From NCBI GenBank assembly GCA_023213195.1, contig CP096135.1:404923-468922 (forward strand): DNA of 64,000 nt, read 5' to 3'. The notes under the pieces are model-generated. The model was not told where the DNA came from and made no database searches. It worked only from the letters and a program-made list of their open reading frames with translations. The DNA is from Sphingobacteriales bacterium JAD_PAG50586_3 (GTDB lineage: Bacteria; Bacteroidota; Bacteroidia; CAMBQF01). Both the position numbers and the translations under genes were made by a program. Below are positions 32,100 through 41,986 of this stretch, one piece after another (position 1 is the stretch's first letter; every line of letters starts with the position of its first letter).

Positions 32100-33713
32100 T
32101 TATTTCTTTAAAAACTTAAGTGTTACAAGAGAATTTGATGCAGTATCGGCCATTCTTACAATGTATAAGCCGGCAGAAAGCGCATCGGTATTAAATGTGT
32201 TGGCACCCATAGCGGCGTTGCCACTTATAACCATGCGGCCCATAGCATCAAACACCTGTAGCGTGTAGGCTTTGTTGCCGGTGTTATAAATTACCAACTC
32301 TCCCTCTACCGGGTTTGGAGCAAGTACAATGCCGTTTTCTTTAGCATCTTCTGTTAGGCCAACAGTGCAGCTTACCAGGTTAATATTGGCATAGGCACCT
32401 GCTACACCAATGTTGCCAATATATTCTACAGCAGCAGCCCAGTTTGCGGGGTTGCTGTTGTCTGATGTTGAATTGCACAAGGTGATAGAAGCACCATCGC
32501 CGGCGGCGCCAAGTGGCCATGGGGCAACGTTGCTGTAGGTAAGCGAGTCTATAACATCGCCAACGGTATTTACAATTTGCAGCTTTTCGCCGGTGTTAGC
32601 CAGGTTTCCTGTGTATTGGTAAGAATCAAAGCTGAAGAAATTATCGGCAGTAGACGGAAATGCAGAAATGTATAAGAAACCACCCGGTGCAATAGTATCG
32701 GGCGGAAAGGTAAACGTTACCCCCGATGTAAATTTGTAGCCACCAATATACGCAGCCGATGACCCACGGTTGTAAAGCTCTATAAACTCGTAATCGTCAG
32801 AGCTGGGGTTGTCATACATAATCTCGGTAATCTGCAAATCGGCAATGGTGTTGTTGTATATAAAGTTGAATGATTGTGGTTGAGCCATAGCAGTGTTTAG
32901 CAAGTCTTCAACATTGGCAATGGTAAGCGTGTACTGAACACCGTTAGCCAACGGTTGCGCAAGGGTCAGGGTAATGGTAGTTTGGGGTACGTCGCGCGTA
33001 GCGGTGTTAATTTGGCCAAGGCCGGTGTAGTTGGCTACGTTTTCGGCAGTGGTATTCACAGCTTCGTTAAAAAGCACAGTAACCGTTGTTGGGCTTGTAG
33101 CCGTAACGGTTGCAACTACCGGGGGCGATGTTGCGGCGCAGCCTGCACCGGGGGTGCCGTATACCTGCAAGCCATTTATTTGCTGGTTGCCTGTTGGGGT
33201 GGTAGCAATAGACCAGTTAGAACCTATGGAGTTATCGGTTTGAAAATCGCAAAACTCTATAGACGGGCCGCCGCCGTTTGGCGATGGTGTGCCCTGTGGC
33301 CATGGCGCGCTGTTACTGCGGTAAGGCACAAAGTCTATAAGGTTGTTAAAGCTATCGTACAAGCGCAGGGTATCGCCGCCGCTGTTGTTAAGCGCCTGGG
33401 CATAATCGTAAGCTGCAAAGCCGTAAAAGCTTAAAAACGCGGCAGAATCTGTAGCCACAACAATATATTGGCCGGGGGCTATGGTAATGTTGGGGAAGGT
33501 AAACTCTACCCCTGTTTGCAATGTCCAACCGTTTAGGTTGATGGTGCTGCCACCGTAGTTGGTTATTTCCAAATACTCCAAGGTGTCGGTATTAGCCTCG
33601 GGCGGATTAAACATAATTTCAGAAATAGCTACCTGGGGTAGTGAGCCCTGCGGCGTTTGGCCAAAGGCACCTAACGATAACAGTAACGACAGTAACAGTA
33701 AATATCTTTTCAT
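32100..33713 (-). CDS. T9SS substrate with two lamin-tail domains and an Ig-like domain
   Basis: ISEIMFNP...EYLEITN and ITEIMYDNP...EFIELYN repeats; TVLFNEAV Ig-like segment; LAPNP...LSAGLY CTD. Confidence 0.85.
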   Translation of the reverse strand: MKRYLLLLSLLLSLGAFGQTPQGSLPQVAISEIMFNPPEANTDTLEYLEITNYGGSTINLNGWTLQTGVEFTFPNITIAPGQYIVVATDSAAFLSFYGFAAYDYAQALNNSGGDTLRLYDSFNNLIDFVPYRSNSAPWPQGTPSPNGGGPSIEFCDFQTDNSIGSNWSIATTPTGNQQINGLQVYGTPGAGCAATSPPVVATVTATSPTTVTVLFNEAVNTTAENVANYTGLGQINTATRDVPQTTITLTLAQPLANGVQYTLTIANVEDLLNTAMAQPQSFNFIYNNTIADLQITEIMYDNPSSDDYEFIELYNRGSSAAYIGGYKFTSGVTFTFPPDTIAPGGFLYISAFPSTADNFFSFDSYQYTGNLANTGEKLQIVNTVGDVIDSLTYSNVAPWPLGAAGDGASITLCNSTSDNSNPANWAAAVEYIGNIGVAGAYANINLVSCTVGLTEDAKENGIVLAPNPVEGELVIYNTGNKAYTLQVFDAMGRMVISGNAAMGANTFNTDALSAGLYIVRMADTASNSLVTLKFLKK

Positions 33714-34008
33714 ATACAAAGTAGTTTGTAGCGCAAATATAGGGTTAGACTGTGTCTCTTTTTATAGTTTAACGCATTTATAATAATTGATTAATAAGTG
33801 TTTATACAATTAACATCCTTTTTAATAAAAAGTGTAATTATTTGTACACAATTTATAAAGGCCAATACACTCATTTTCAATATATGATAAATTATGGCAC
33901 TTGTGTAATGAACAATAGCGGTTATTAATTTGGGGCAGGTTTGTTAAACCAATCAAAAAAAATAAATATACTTTTACCGCAGTATTAACCTATATAAAAA
34001 ACTACTGT

Positions 34009-34380
34009 ATGAACAAAAAAATGATTGGTTTAGCATTCTCAATACTAATGATTGTAGGTGCTTTTTTACCTTGGGCTAAGGTTGAATTCCTTGGTGTTTC
34101 AAAGTCAATGAACGGCTTTATGGGCGAAATGGGTGGTAACCCCGGCGCACTTATTGTTCTGTTAGGTGCACTTAGTGCCCTGTTTATTTTCTTAGATAAA
34201 AAATGGTCAAACATTGTTGCCATTATTTTTGGTTTGTTGGGTACCCTTTGGGGCCTAAAGCAAATGAACGATGTTAAAGACATTGGCATGGTTACCGTTG
34301 GTATTGGCATTTACTTGATTATTGTTTCGGGTATTGGTGTTGTAATAGGCGCCGTAATGAACATGCGCAAAACCGCATAA
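34009..34380 (+). CDS. Small four-TM membrane protein
   Basis: GAFLPW motif, four hydrophobic segments. Confidence 0.7.
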   Translation: MNKKMIGLAFSILMIVGAFLPWAKVEFLGVSKSMNGFMGEMGGNPGALIVLLGALSALFIFLDKKWSNIVAIIFGLLGTLWGLKQMNDVKDIGMVTVGIGIYLIIVSGIGVVIGAVMNMRKTA

Positions 34381-34410
34381 CTTTTACTTTTTTTCGTTTA
34401 AAGAACATTG

Positions 34411-34880
34411 AACCCCTGCCCAAAAGGCGGGGGTTTTGTTTTTTGGTACTCTATAGTCAAGGAGTTAATATCCACCTATAACCTTTCTTTTAATTACTTT
34501 TTGCTTGTCCAAAAAGTAACCAAAAAAGACACCACGCCCAAAAACACTGCAATTTTGCTCTCGCACTTCCCGACGACTGCGTGTCGGGACAAGGCCAAAC
34601 CGCACTAATTGCCATGCAAAATTTTGTGTTCACACCGGGCGTGGACTACCCACCGCACTTTATTCTGGATATAAACCCATCCCTCTCTCCGGATTCCGAT
34701 AAATCGGGACATGAGTACTCCCCCTTTGCAGCCTTGCCCAAAAGGCGGGGGTTTTGTTTTTACCTCACCACTAATAGCTTTGACAGGGAGGGTTGCTGAC
34801 CTAACAACAGACCTAAATATAACCCACCCCCTCCCTCCCGCCTATGGCGTGAGTACTCCCCTTTGCAGGGGGAGAGCCTT
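34411..34880 (+). repeat. Palindromic-element cluster bracketed by a 27-bp direct repeat
   Basis: TGCCCAAAAGGCGGGGGTTTTGTTTTT exact at 34417-34443 and 34735-34761; internal TTACTTTTTG...CAAAAAGTAA and CCCGAC...GTCGGG hairpins. Confidence 0.75.
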
Positions 34881-34913
34881 TATTATGATTTTCTTTCTAC
34901 TTTTAACCCATTA

Positions 34914-35903
34914 ATGAAAAAGCAAGGCAACCATAGCGCAGAGGAGTTTTTACCGGGATAACTGCGGGCAACCGGGTTATGCTGGGGCAAGCCATAACGC
35001 TATGCGAGAGTACCTTGCCAGAACACCGCGCCCTTGCGCTTGAAGTGCTTAAACTATGCCTGCCGCAAGCGGGCAACGCTATAAGGGTAGGTATTACCGG
35101 TGTGCCGGGTGTGGGCAAAAGCACGTTTATAGAAAGCCTGGGCATGTACCTTACCGGCAAAGGCCATAAGGTAGCGGTGCTGGCGGTAGACCCCAGCAGC
35201 AGCCGCACCGGTGGTAGCATTTTGGGCGATAAAACCAGAATGGAAGAACTATCGGCCAACCCCAAAGCCTTTATACGCCCGTCGCCATCATCGGGCAACT
35301 TAGGTGGGGTAGCCTCTAAAACACGGGAGTGTATTTTACTTTGCGAAGCCGCGGGGTACGATGTTATATTGATTGAAACCGTTGGCGTAGGCCAAAGCGA
35401 AACGGAGGTTAAAAGCATGACCGACTTTTTTTACTGCTGATGCTTGCCGGTGCGGGTGATGAGTTGCAGGGCATTAAGCGGGGCATTATGGAAATGGCCG
35501 ATGGGGTAGCTATAAACAAGGCCGATGGCGACAACCTGGAAAAAGCCAAAATGGCCCGTACAGAATATGCACGGGCGCTGCACATGTTTCCGCCCGACGA
35601 TGCCGGTTGGTCTGCCCCTGTAGAACTGTGTTCTGCCACAGAAAAAACAGGTATTGATGCCGTGTGGAATATGGTTGTCAAGCATAAAGAAATGCTGATT
35701 GCCAAAAACTTGTTTGACCAACGCCGCAGCCAGCAGCGCCTTAACTGGTTTGAAAAACTGCTGGGCGAACAGTTGCTGGAAGCGTTCAATAACAATGAGT
35801 TAATAGAAAATAGTTTGCCGGCTATCAAAAACAAAGTGGTAAGTGGCGAAATGCTACCCCCGAAGCCACCCTTACACTAATTAAAACTTTTATAAATAGA
35901 TAA
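34914..35903 (+). CDS. meaB: Methylmalonyl-CoA mutase-associated GTPase, frameshifts near 34950, 35432 and 35860
   Basis: [52 protein letters not shown]. Confidence 0.92.
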
Positions 35904-35969
35904 GTTGTTTGTTTGTGTATTTAAAAAAACATACTTTTAGGGTTTGGTATTGGATATTCTTAAACATCT

Positions 35970-38263
35970 ATGAAACGTTTACTCATCGTTCTTGCTGTTC
36001 TTGGAACAGTAACAGGGCTTTCGGCCCAATGCACAACTACTAACGCCACAAACTGTGTATGCGCCACACAGGGGCAAACAAACTGCGACTTACTACCTGA
36101 CCTTCAGGCATCGTGGAAAGGTTTGCTGGATAGTGACGAGTACCCGCAGACGGGTGCAGGCACCAACTATCAAAACCAGGGTCCAGACGATGGACGCTTA
36201 CGCATATCTGTATCATCGCCCAACGTGGGCTACGGTTCTTTTACCGTGCGCGGCAGCAACTGGTATGTTTGTGGTACAGACACTTTCCAGTCGGGCACTA
36301 ACCCGGGCAATTGCCCTGATGGAACACCGCCACGCAACCTTATCACGCAACGTATATACCACAAAAATGGTAATACAATGACGTATACCGACCGTTGGTC
36401 GGGCAGTATGACTTACCACCCATCGCATGGACACAACCACGTTGACGATTGGTCGTTTTACACCCTTCGTATTAAAGACCCGCAAGAGCCAGACCCACGC
36501 AAGTGGCCTTTGGTAGGCAAGGGGTCTAAAATGGGCTTTTGCTTAATGGATTATTACGCTTGCTCTAACAACAACGCAAACGGCCACTGCCGTACAGACA
36601 ATACTGTATACAACCAAGGCACAGCCCTTAACAGCAACAGCAACTTTCCTAACTACGGTTTAGGCGGCGGCCAATACAATTGCTCTCCGGTAGAACAAGG
36701 TATTTCTTCGGGCTGGACAGATGTTTATTACAAAAACCTGGACATGATGTGGATTAACATCCCCCCGGCGTTTGTAACGGCGATTACTGGATTGTTGTAG
36801 AGGTAGACCCACGCAATTATTTCTTAGAGTCTAACGAAGATAATAACTGGACAGCGATACCTATTACATTAACCCAACAAAGTGCCCCGGGTACAGGTGC
36901 TTTTGCTTCTATAACATCAGACAAACCAGCCAATATTTGCCAAGGCGACAGCATTAAGCTTACCTGCAACGCGGGTTCTGAAATGATTTGGAGCAATGGC
37001 GATACCACACAAAGCATTTATGTTAAAGACCCAGGCGATTATACTGTTACCGTTACTAACTATTGCGGCACTGCCACATCGCAAGTATTTTCTGTTACCG
37101 TAGGCGCAGCAGGTACAGCACCTGTAGTAGCTGATGTTTCTATTTGTGCACCGGGTACTGCTACCATTATGGGCGACCCAACGTATGAGTGGTATGATGA
37201 TGCTAACGCAACCAACCTTGTGGGTACAGGTAACTTTACCACCCCATTTTTAAATGACGATGCAACTTTTTATGTACGCGATGTAACGCCATTACCTACC
37301 AGCACGTATTTTGCTGAACCACATAGCGAAGAATTTGGTGGCAATGCTACCAGCACATCTGACCAATACCTTATTTTTGATGCCGTTAGCCCATTCACTT
37401 TAAAAAGTGTATTGGTTAATGCAGGCGCAGCCGGTACACGCAAAGTTTACCTGCGCGATTATTCTGGCGTTGCATTAGACTCTGTATCTGTTAACCTGCC
37501 TGCAGGCCCAAGCCGCATAACGTTAAACTTTGATGTACCATCGGGCAACGATTTTCGTTTAGGCATTGGCTCTACCCGCAACCTATACCGCAACAGCGCG
37601 GGTGTTAACTACCCATACCAAATACCGGGTATACTTAGCATTAAAAACTCATCGGCAGGCAACCAGTACTACTACTGGTACTACGATTGGGAAGTGGAAG
37701 CACAAGGTAATACATGTGTTACTCCGTTAGCTCCTGTTACTGTTACTGTTGGTAGCAACGTTATACCTACCATTAGCGGCCTTGGCGCTACCTACGAAAA
37801 TACCGACGCCCCTGTTACCCTTGTGGGTACCCCTGCAGGCGGCACATTTAGCGGCACCGGTGTTACCGGCAACACGTTTGACCCTGCCCTTGCTGGCATT
37901 GGTGGCCCATACACTATTACTTATACTTACACTGCAGATGGTTGCACCACCAGCAATACTGCCAGCGTTACCGTTACAGAGGCTGTTGGTGTTAACGAGG
38001 TTACCGACCTTAAAGCCCCTATACAGGTTTACCCTAACCCTAGCAACGGCACGTTTACCTTAACGTTTGAAACCAAGAAACAACACAGCATGCGTATTAA
38101 CGTTACCGACCTTGCAGGCCGTGTTATATGGAGCGAAAACGTATCTAGCTTTACCGGTAAATACAGCCGCAACTTTAGCAACGGTGGCCTGGCTGCCGGT
38201 GTGTATATGCTAAATGTTATGATTGGCGACCAAACCAGCACGCGTAAGCTTGTGGTTAACTAG
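35970..38263 (+). CDS. Lysyl oxidase-family protein with Ig-like domains and T9SS CTD, one frameshift in the C-run near 36762
   Basis: LLPDL, YHPSHGHNH, GSKMGFCLMD, QGISSGWTDVY; corrected frame continues PPGVCNGDYWIVVEVDPRNYFLESNEDNN into the 36983 ORF; VYPNP CTD. Confidence 0.85.
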
Positions 38264-38359
38264 TATTCAGAGGTCAGTAGTCAGGGGTCAGTAATAAGAC
38301 TATTGCCACATTATATTTAAACCCTCATCAGCAATGGTGGGGGTTTTGTTTTACCAACT

Positions 38360-38412
38360 ATCCCCTAAAATAGGGGAGTACGTCCCGGTAGCAATCGGGA
38401 CGGGAGGGGGTA
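38360..38412 (+). repeat. Family A palindromic element
   Basis: TCCCCTA-AAA-TAGGGGA followed by GTCCCG...CGGGAC and GGGAGGGGG. Confidence 0.7.
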
Positions 38413-38456
38413 TAAATATCCTATATGTGTTATTTGTTTTTGTTACCTTTATAATA

Positions 38457-39413
38457 ATGAAACGCCTGCTATTAATAATTGCCTTTGGGTTTTGCACTTA
38501 TATTAACAAAGCACAAACCTATGTTCCTTTCCCAACATCAACAGATAATGCTGTATGGAATATTTCTTCATCGTCGCACGAAGGGACATGTCGATTTTAT
38601 GATTTATTTATTACGGGCGACACAACAATACATAACAAAAGCTACGTAAAGCTAGGGTTTCGTGGCATTATTTATCTATGGAACCCCGATATGGAACCTT
38701 GGTGCAGTGGTGTAGCCCCTGCTTACTCTTTTAGTACAAAACGATACGCATACCGAGAAGATTCAACCCATAAAATATATTTTCGTTCAATTAGTCACCC
38801 AATATATGATACAACAGAGTTTTTACTATTTGATTTTGGTATGCAGGTTGGCGATAGTTTAAAAGGCTATTTTTCACAACAAAATTTTGGTATAATACCA
38901 ATTGTATCCAGTATTGATTCTATTCAAATTGACAATAATTGGCGTAAGAAATTTAACTTCAAAAACGGTTTTGATACCCTAGAAGGTTGTTTTTACCTAA
39001 TAGAGGGGATAGGCACTAATATGGGTTTTTTAGATATACAAGGTTGTCCATTTTTTGAAAGTTCGACAACATTAAATTGCTTTAAACGGTATGAGGTAGT
39101 TATTTGGAATAATAGTAATTCCAGTTGTAGCGATTACAGCTTTATTAATTCAAACAAAGAGAACCTGCTAAATAATTTACATATAGCAATATACCCAAAC
39201 CCTGCACAAGATTTTGTGAATATAGAACTACCCCAAAGCTATAACCAAGCCAGCCTTAATATTTATAACCTAACAGGTCAGCTAATTTCTCAAAAGCCAA
39301 TAACATCAACCCAAATACCTATTGCAGAGTTGGGTAATGGTATGTACATCTTTGTCATTCAAAATGGAGATAAGGTTATAGGCAGGCAGCGGGTGGTAGT
39401 GGTAGCGAGGTAG
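38457..39413 (+). CDS. T9SS type A substrate of unknown function (AT-rich)
   Basis: Signal peptide from ATG 38457, YVPFP start, LIEGIG motif, IYPNP...LGNGMY CTD. Confidence 0.8.
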   Translation: MKRLLLIIAFGFCTYINKAQTYVPFPTSTDNAVWNISSSSHEGTCRFYDLFITGDTTIHNKSYVKLGFRGIIYLWNPDMEPWCSGVAPAYSFSTKRYAYREDSTHKIYFRSISHPIYDTTEFLLFDFGMQVGDSLKGYFSQQNFGIIPIVSSIDSIQIDNNWRKKFNFKNGFDTLEGCFYLIEGIGTNMGFLDIQGCPFFESSTTLNCFKRYEVVIWNNSNSSCSDYSFINSNKENLLNNLHIAIYPNPAQDFVNIELPQSYNQASLNIYNLTGQLISQKPITSTQIPIAELGNGMYIFVIQNGDKVIGRQRVVVVAR

Positions 39414-39419
39414 GGTCTT

Positions 39420-39700
39420 GCTATTTCACCTCTCCCCCGACAATCCAATAAATTGTATTGCCTTTCCCCCTCTCCCGTGGTGAGAGGGGGCTACATTTCA
39501 TAAATCCTATTTATCATATTGGTGGACAAAGGTGTATTGAGGGTTAGAGCCTCAACCCCAGCCCCCTTTTAGGCACCAACTGACGACTTGTGTCAGGATT
39601 TACAACCCTAGGGAAACAATACACACTCCTTTATTCTACTTTGGGGTAGTTACCACAAAACTCCCCGCCCTTCGGGCACCCCCTCTTGGAGGGGAATTTA
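39420..39700 (+). repeat. Palindromic-element cluster upstream of the orphan promoter
   Basis: 39428-39475 duplicates 40207-40252; 39660-39696 matches 39828-39866 and, inverted, 49978-50017. Confidence 0.7.
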
Positions 39701-39736
39701 TTTAAGTACATTTTATTAACAATATTTATTTTTTAC

Positions 39737-39788
39737 TTGACAAATGGAGATTAAATGTTGTATCTTTGTGGTGTTATTCGAATAGCAC
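39737..39788 (+). promoter_or_regulatory. Orphan promoter plus palindromic operator-like site, pointing into array 2
   Basis: TTGACAAA-TGGAGATTAAAT-GTTGTATCTTTGT, then GTGTTATTC-GAATAGCAC (39771-39788, one mismatch). Confidence 0.7.
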
Positions 39789-39799
39789 AATATTAATAG

Positions 39800-40680
39800 T
39801 AAAAAAACAAAAAACTGCCGCGGCAAACCTCCCCCGCCCTAAAGGGCACCCCCTCTATGAGGGGGACAAATAAGGGACAGTACCTACAATGCTTATTACG
39901 ATTCAGAATGATGGTTTAATGATGGCCCCACCCCAAACCCCTCCCCCAAGGAGAGGGGCTTAAAAAAGGCCTTTAGAATTTAAGAGAAATAATTTAACAA
40001 GAGGACAAGCTTCGCAATGGCTAAGACCAGCCGAGCTTTTATAGCGGTGCCATTGGTCAGTTGGTAAATTGTTATGATAAGTGTTTGTCACCAATAGGTG
40101 GTTTGCGAAAGCGGGCTGCCTAAAGGTGTTTCATGCCTTCGGCAAACTAAAAACGAAAAGTAAAAAATGAAAAATAACTTTATCGGCTACTGCCTGCGGA
40201 GATTTAACCTCTCCCTGACAATCCAACAAGTTGTATTGTCTTTCCCCTCTCCAACGCGTGGAGAGGGGTGGCTGAAAGCCGGGGTGAGGTACCCGCAAAA
40301 TAACCTCATCAGCTACTGCCTGTAGGTGTGTAGTAACCACCCAATTCTGACTTATACAGTCAGAATTACCCCTCCTTAAAAAGGAGGGGAGTTAAAATAA
40401 TGAGCCGCGAAAACGAGTGCATTAGCAACATGCTGTAAGGGTTTGGTGTATCCCGAGATCCCGCATCAAGTGCGGGATGACAATCGTAGCAAAAGGGTGA
40501 GCAGAAATGATGTGGTTTGCTACTGCTTGTAGTACCTCCCCTGCCCCCTCCTAAATTTAGGAGGGGGTGGCGCGGCGAGTGCCGGGGTGAGGTATCCCCC
40601 GACGATGAATGTCGGGATGCTACAAAAGTGGCACGCGAAAACGAGTGTATTAACTACTGCCTGTAGGGGTTGGGGGCAAA
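39800..40680 (+). repeat. Palindrome-cassette array 2
   Basis: (G/A)CTACTGCYTGTAG-like motif at 40186, 40312, 40425 (degenerate), 40519, 40653; each interval holds a different hairpin. Confidence 0.75.
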
Positions 40681-40681
40681 C

Positions 40682-40711
40682 AAAAATCCCCGCCGAAGGG
40701 CGGGGATTTTT
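40682..40711. terminator. Bidirectional terminator
   Basis: AAAAATCCCCGCC-GAAG-GGCGGGGATTTTT. Confidence 0.8.
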
Positions 40712-40757
40712 AAATATGTGTATCAGTGTGTGAATACTGACCTCTGATTACTGACTA

Positions 40758-41876
40758 CTATTCAGCAATAAGCAGTTTGCCGGTTTTAATTATGGCACCT
40801 TGCTCGTTAGCTACGCGGTACATGTAAGCACCTGCAGTTAAGCCGCTAACGCTAATGGTGTTTTGGCTTGCTGTAAGCATGTTAGAGCTTACTGTGCGGC
40901 CTGTAGCATCAAAAATAGTTAGGGTAGCTTCGCCTTTAAGGTCTTTAACAAATACGTTTACTAAGCCCGATGTTGGGTTAGGGAACAACTGTACGTTGTT
41001 GTTGGTGTAAATGTCTTCTTTAGTGCTTAAAGTGGCAGGGTCGGCCTGGTAACGCATAGAGCTAGGTGCACCGTTAGCATCAGTGCTAATGTCGGCAACA
41101 TAGTATTTAGCGTTGGTACCAAAGAAACGGTAGTTGTAGGTAGTTTCTGTAGTTACAGCACCGTCTAAACCAACAAAGCCTGCTACAATGCCTGGAAGCA
41201 ATTGCCAGCCTTGTTGTATGCCAAAGGCAATGTTTGCATTGGCTGCATATACCCAAATAGAGTCTATTGTAGTTTGTACAACCCTATCGCGCACAACCTG
41301 GTAGGTACCTAATGGAATGGTTAAAGAACCATCGGCATCAAAGTTATGGTTGGTGTAGAAAGTACGTTTAACACGGGCAGAATCTACAAAGCCCTGGCCT
41401 ACAGCAGTAATGTCTAATGTCTCGTCAATTTGAGAAGTATCGGCATAAGTAAGGCCTATTTGAGCAGGAAAACGGATAATGTCTTGTGTAGGATTAAAAT
41501 CGGCTACTACAGGAAAAGGGGCACCTTCTAAGTTACCGGCAACGCCTAATACTTTAACGCCACTGGCGCTTTTGTCAATATAAGCATCGGCACCCAGTTG
41601 AGGGAAAGAGATATTGGCTGTAGGAAAAGCAGCTGCATCGGGTAAAGAAGCAGGGTCTATAAAGTTAAGGGTTTCAACCTCGTCAACTGTAAGGTCGCTA
41701 AAAACCCAAGTTTGACCAGATGCTGCAGCACCAAGGTTAAGGGTAGGTAACACGGTGTCTCGGCCCACATAAACCACATCGCCAATAACGGCAAAATCGG
41801 CTTGGGTAATAACCACCTGTGCATTTGTGGCAAAGGTTGCAAGTATAACACCTGCTGAAAGTAAAAACTTTTTCAT
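40758..41876 (-). CDS. T9SS type A substrate of unknown function
   Basis: Signal peptide ...TNA-QVVITQAD; GTLTIPLGTY-like segment; LFPNP...LTAGAY CTD. Confidence 0.85.
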   Translation of the reverse strand: MKKFLLSAGVILATFATNAQVVITQADFAVIGDVVYVGRDTVLPTLNLGAAASGQTWVFSDLTVDEVETLNFIDPASLPDAAAFPTANISFPQLGADAYIDKSASGVKVLGVAGNLEGAPFPVVADFNPTQDIIRFPAQIGLTYADTSQIDETLDITAVGQGFVDSARVKRTFYTNHNFDADGSLTIPLGTYQVVRDRVVQTTIDSIWVYAANANIAFGIQQGWQLLPGIVAGFVGLDGAVTTETTYNYRFFGTNAKYYVADISTDANGAPSSMRYQADPATLSTKEDIYTNNNVQLFPNPTSGLVNVFVKDLKGEATLTIFDATGRTVSSNMLTASQNTISVSGLTAGAYMYRVANEQGAIIKTGKLLIAE

Positions 41877-41917
41877 TTTTGTTTGTTAGATGATAGGTAT
41901 ATAAATACAAATATAAT

Positions 41918-41957
41918 AAAAAAGGCGGTTTCCGTGTATACAACGAAACCGCCTTTT
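41918..41957. terminator. Intrinsic terminator
   Basis: AAAAGGCGGTTTC/GAAACCGCCTTTT. Confidence 0.75.
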
Positions 41958-41986
41958 AAAAGTATTGTAATGCGCTATAACGTAAA

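Noticed and set aside
40186-40667. CRISPR array call for the five direct repeats
   Set aside because: Repeats are only about 14 bp and degenerate, intervals are 94-134 bp and made of repeat elements, and there are no cas genes.
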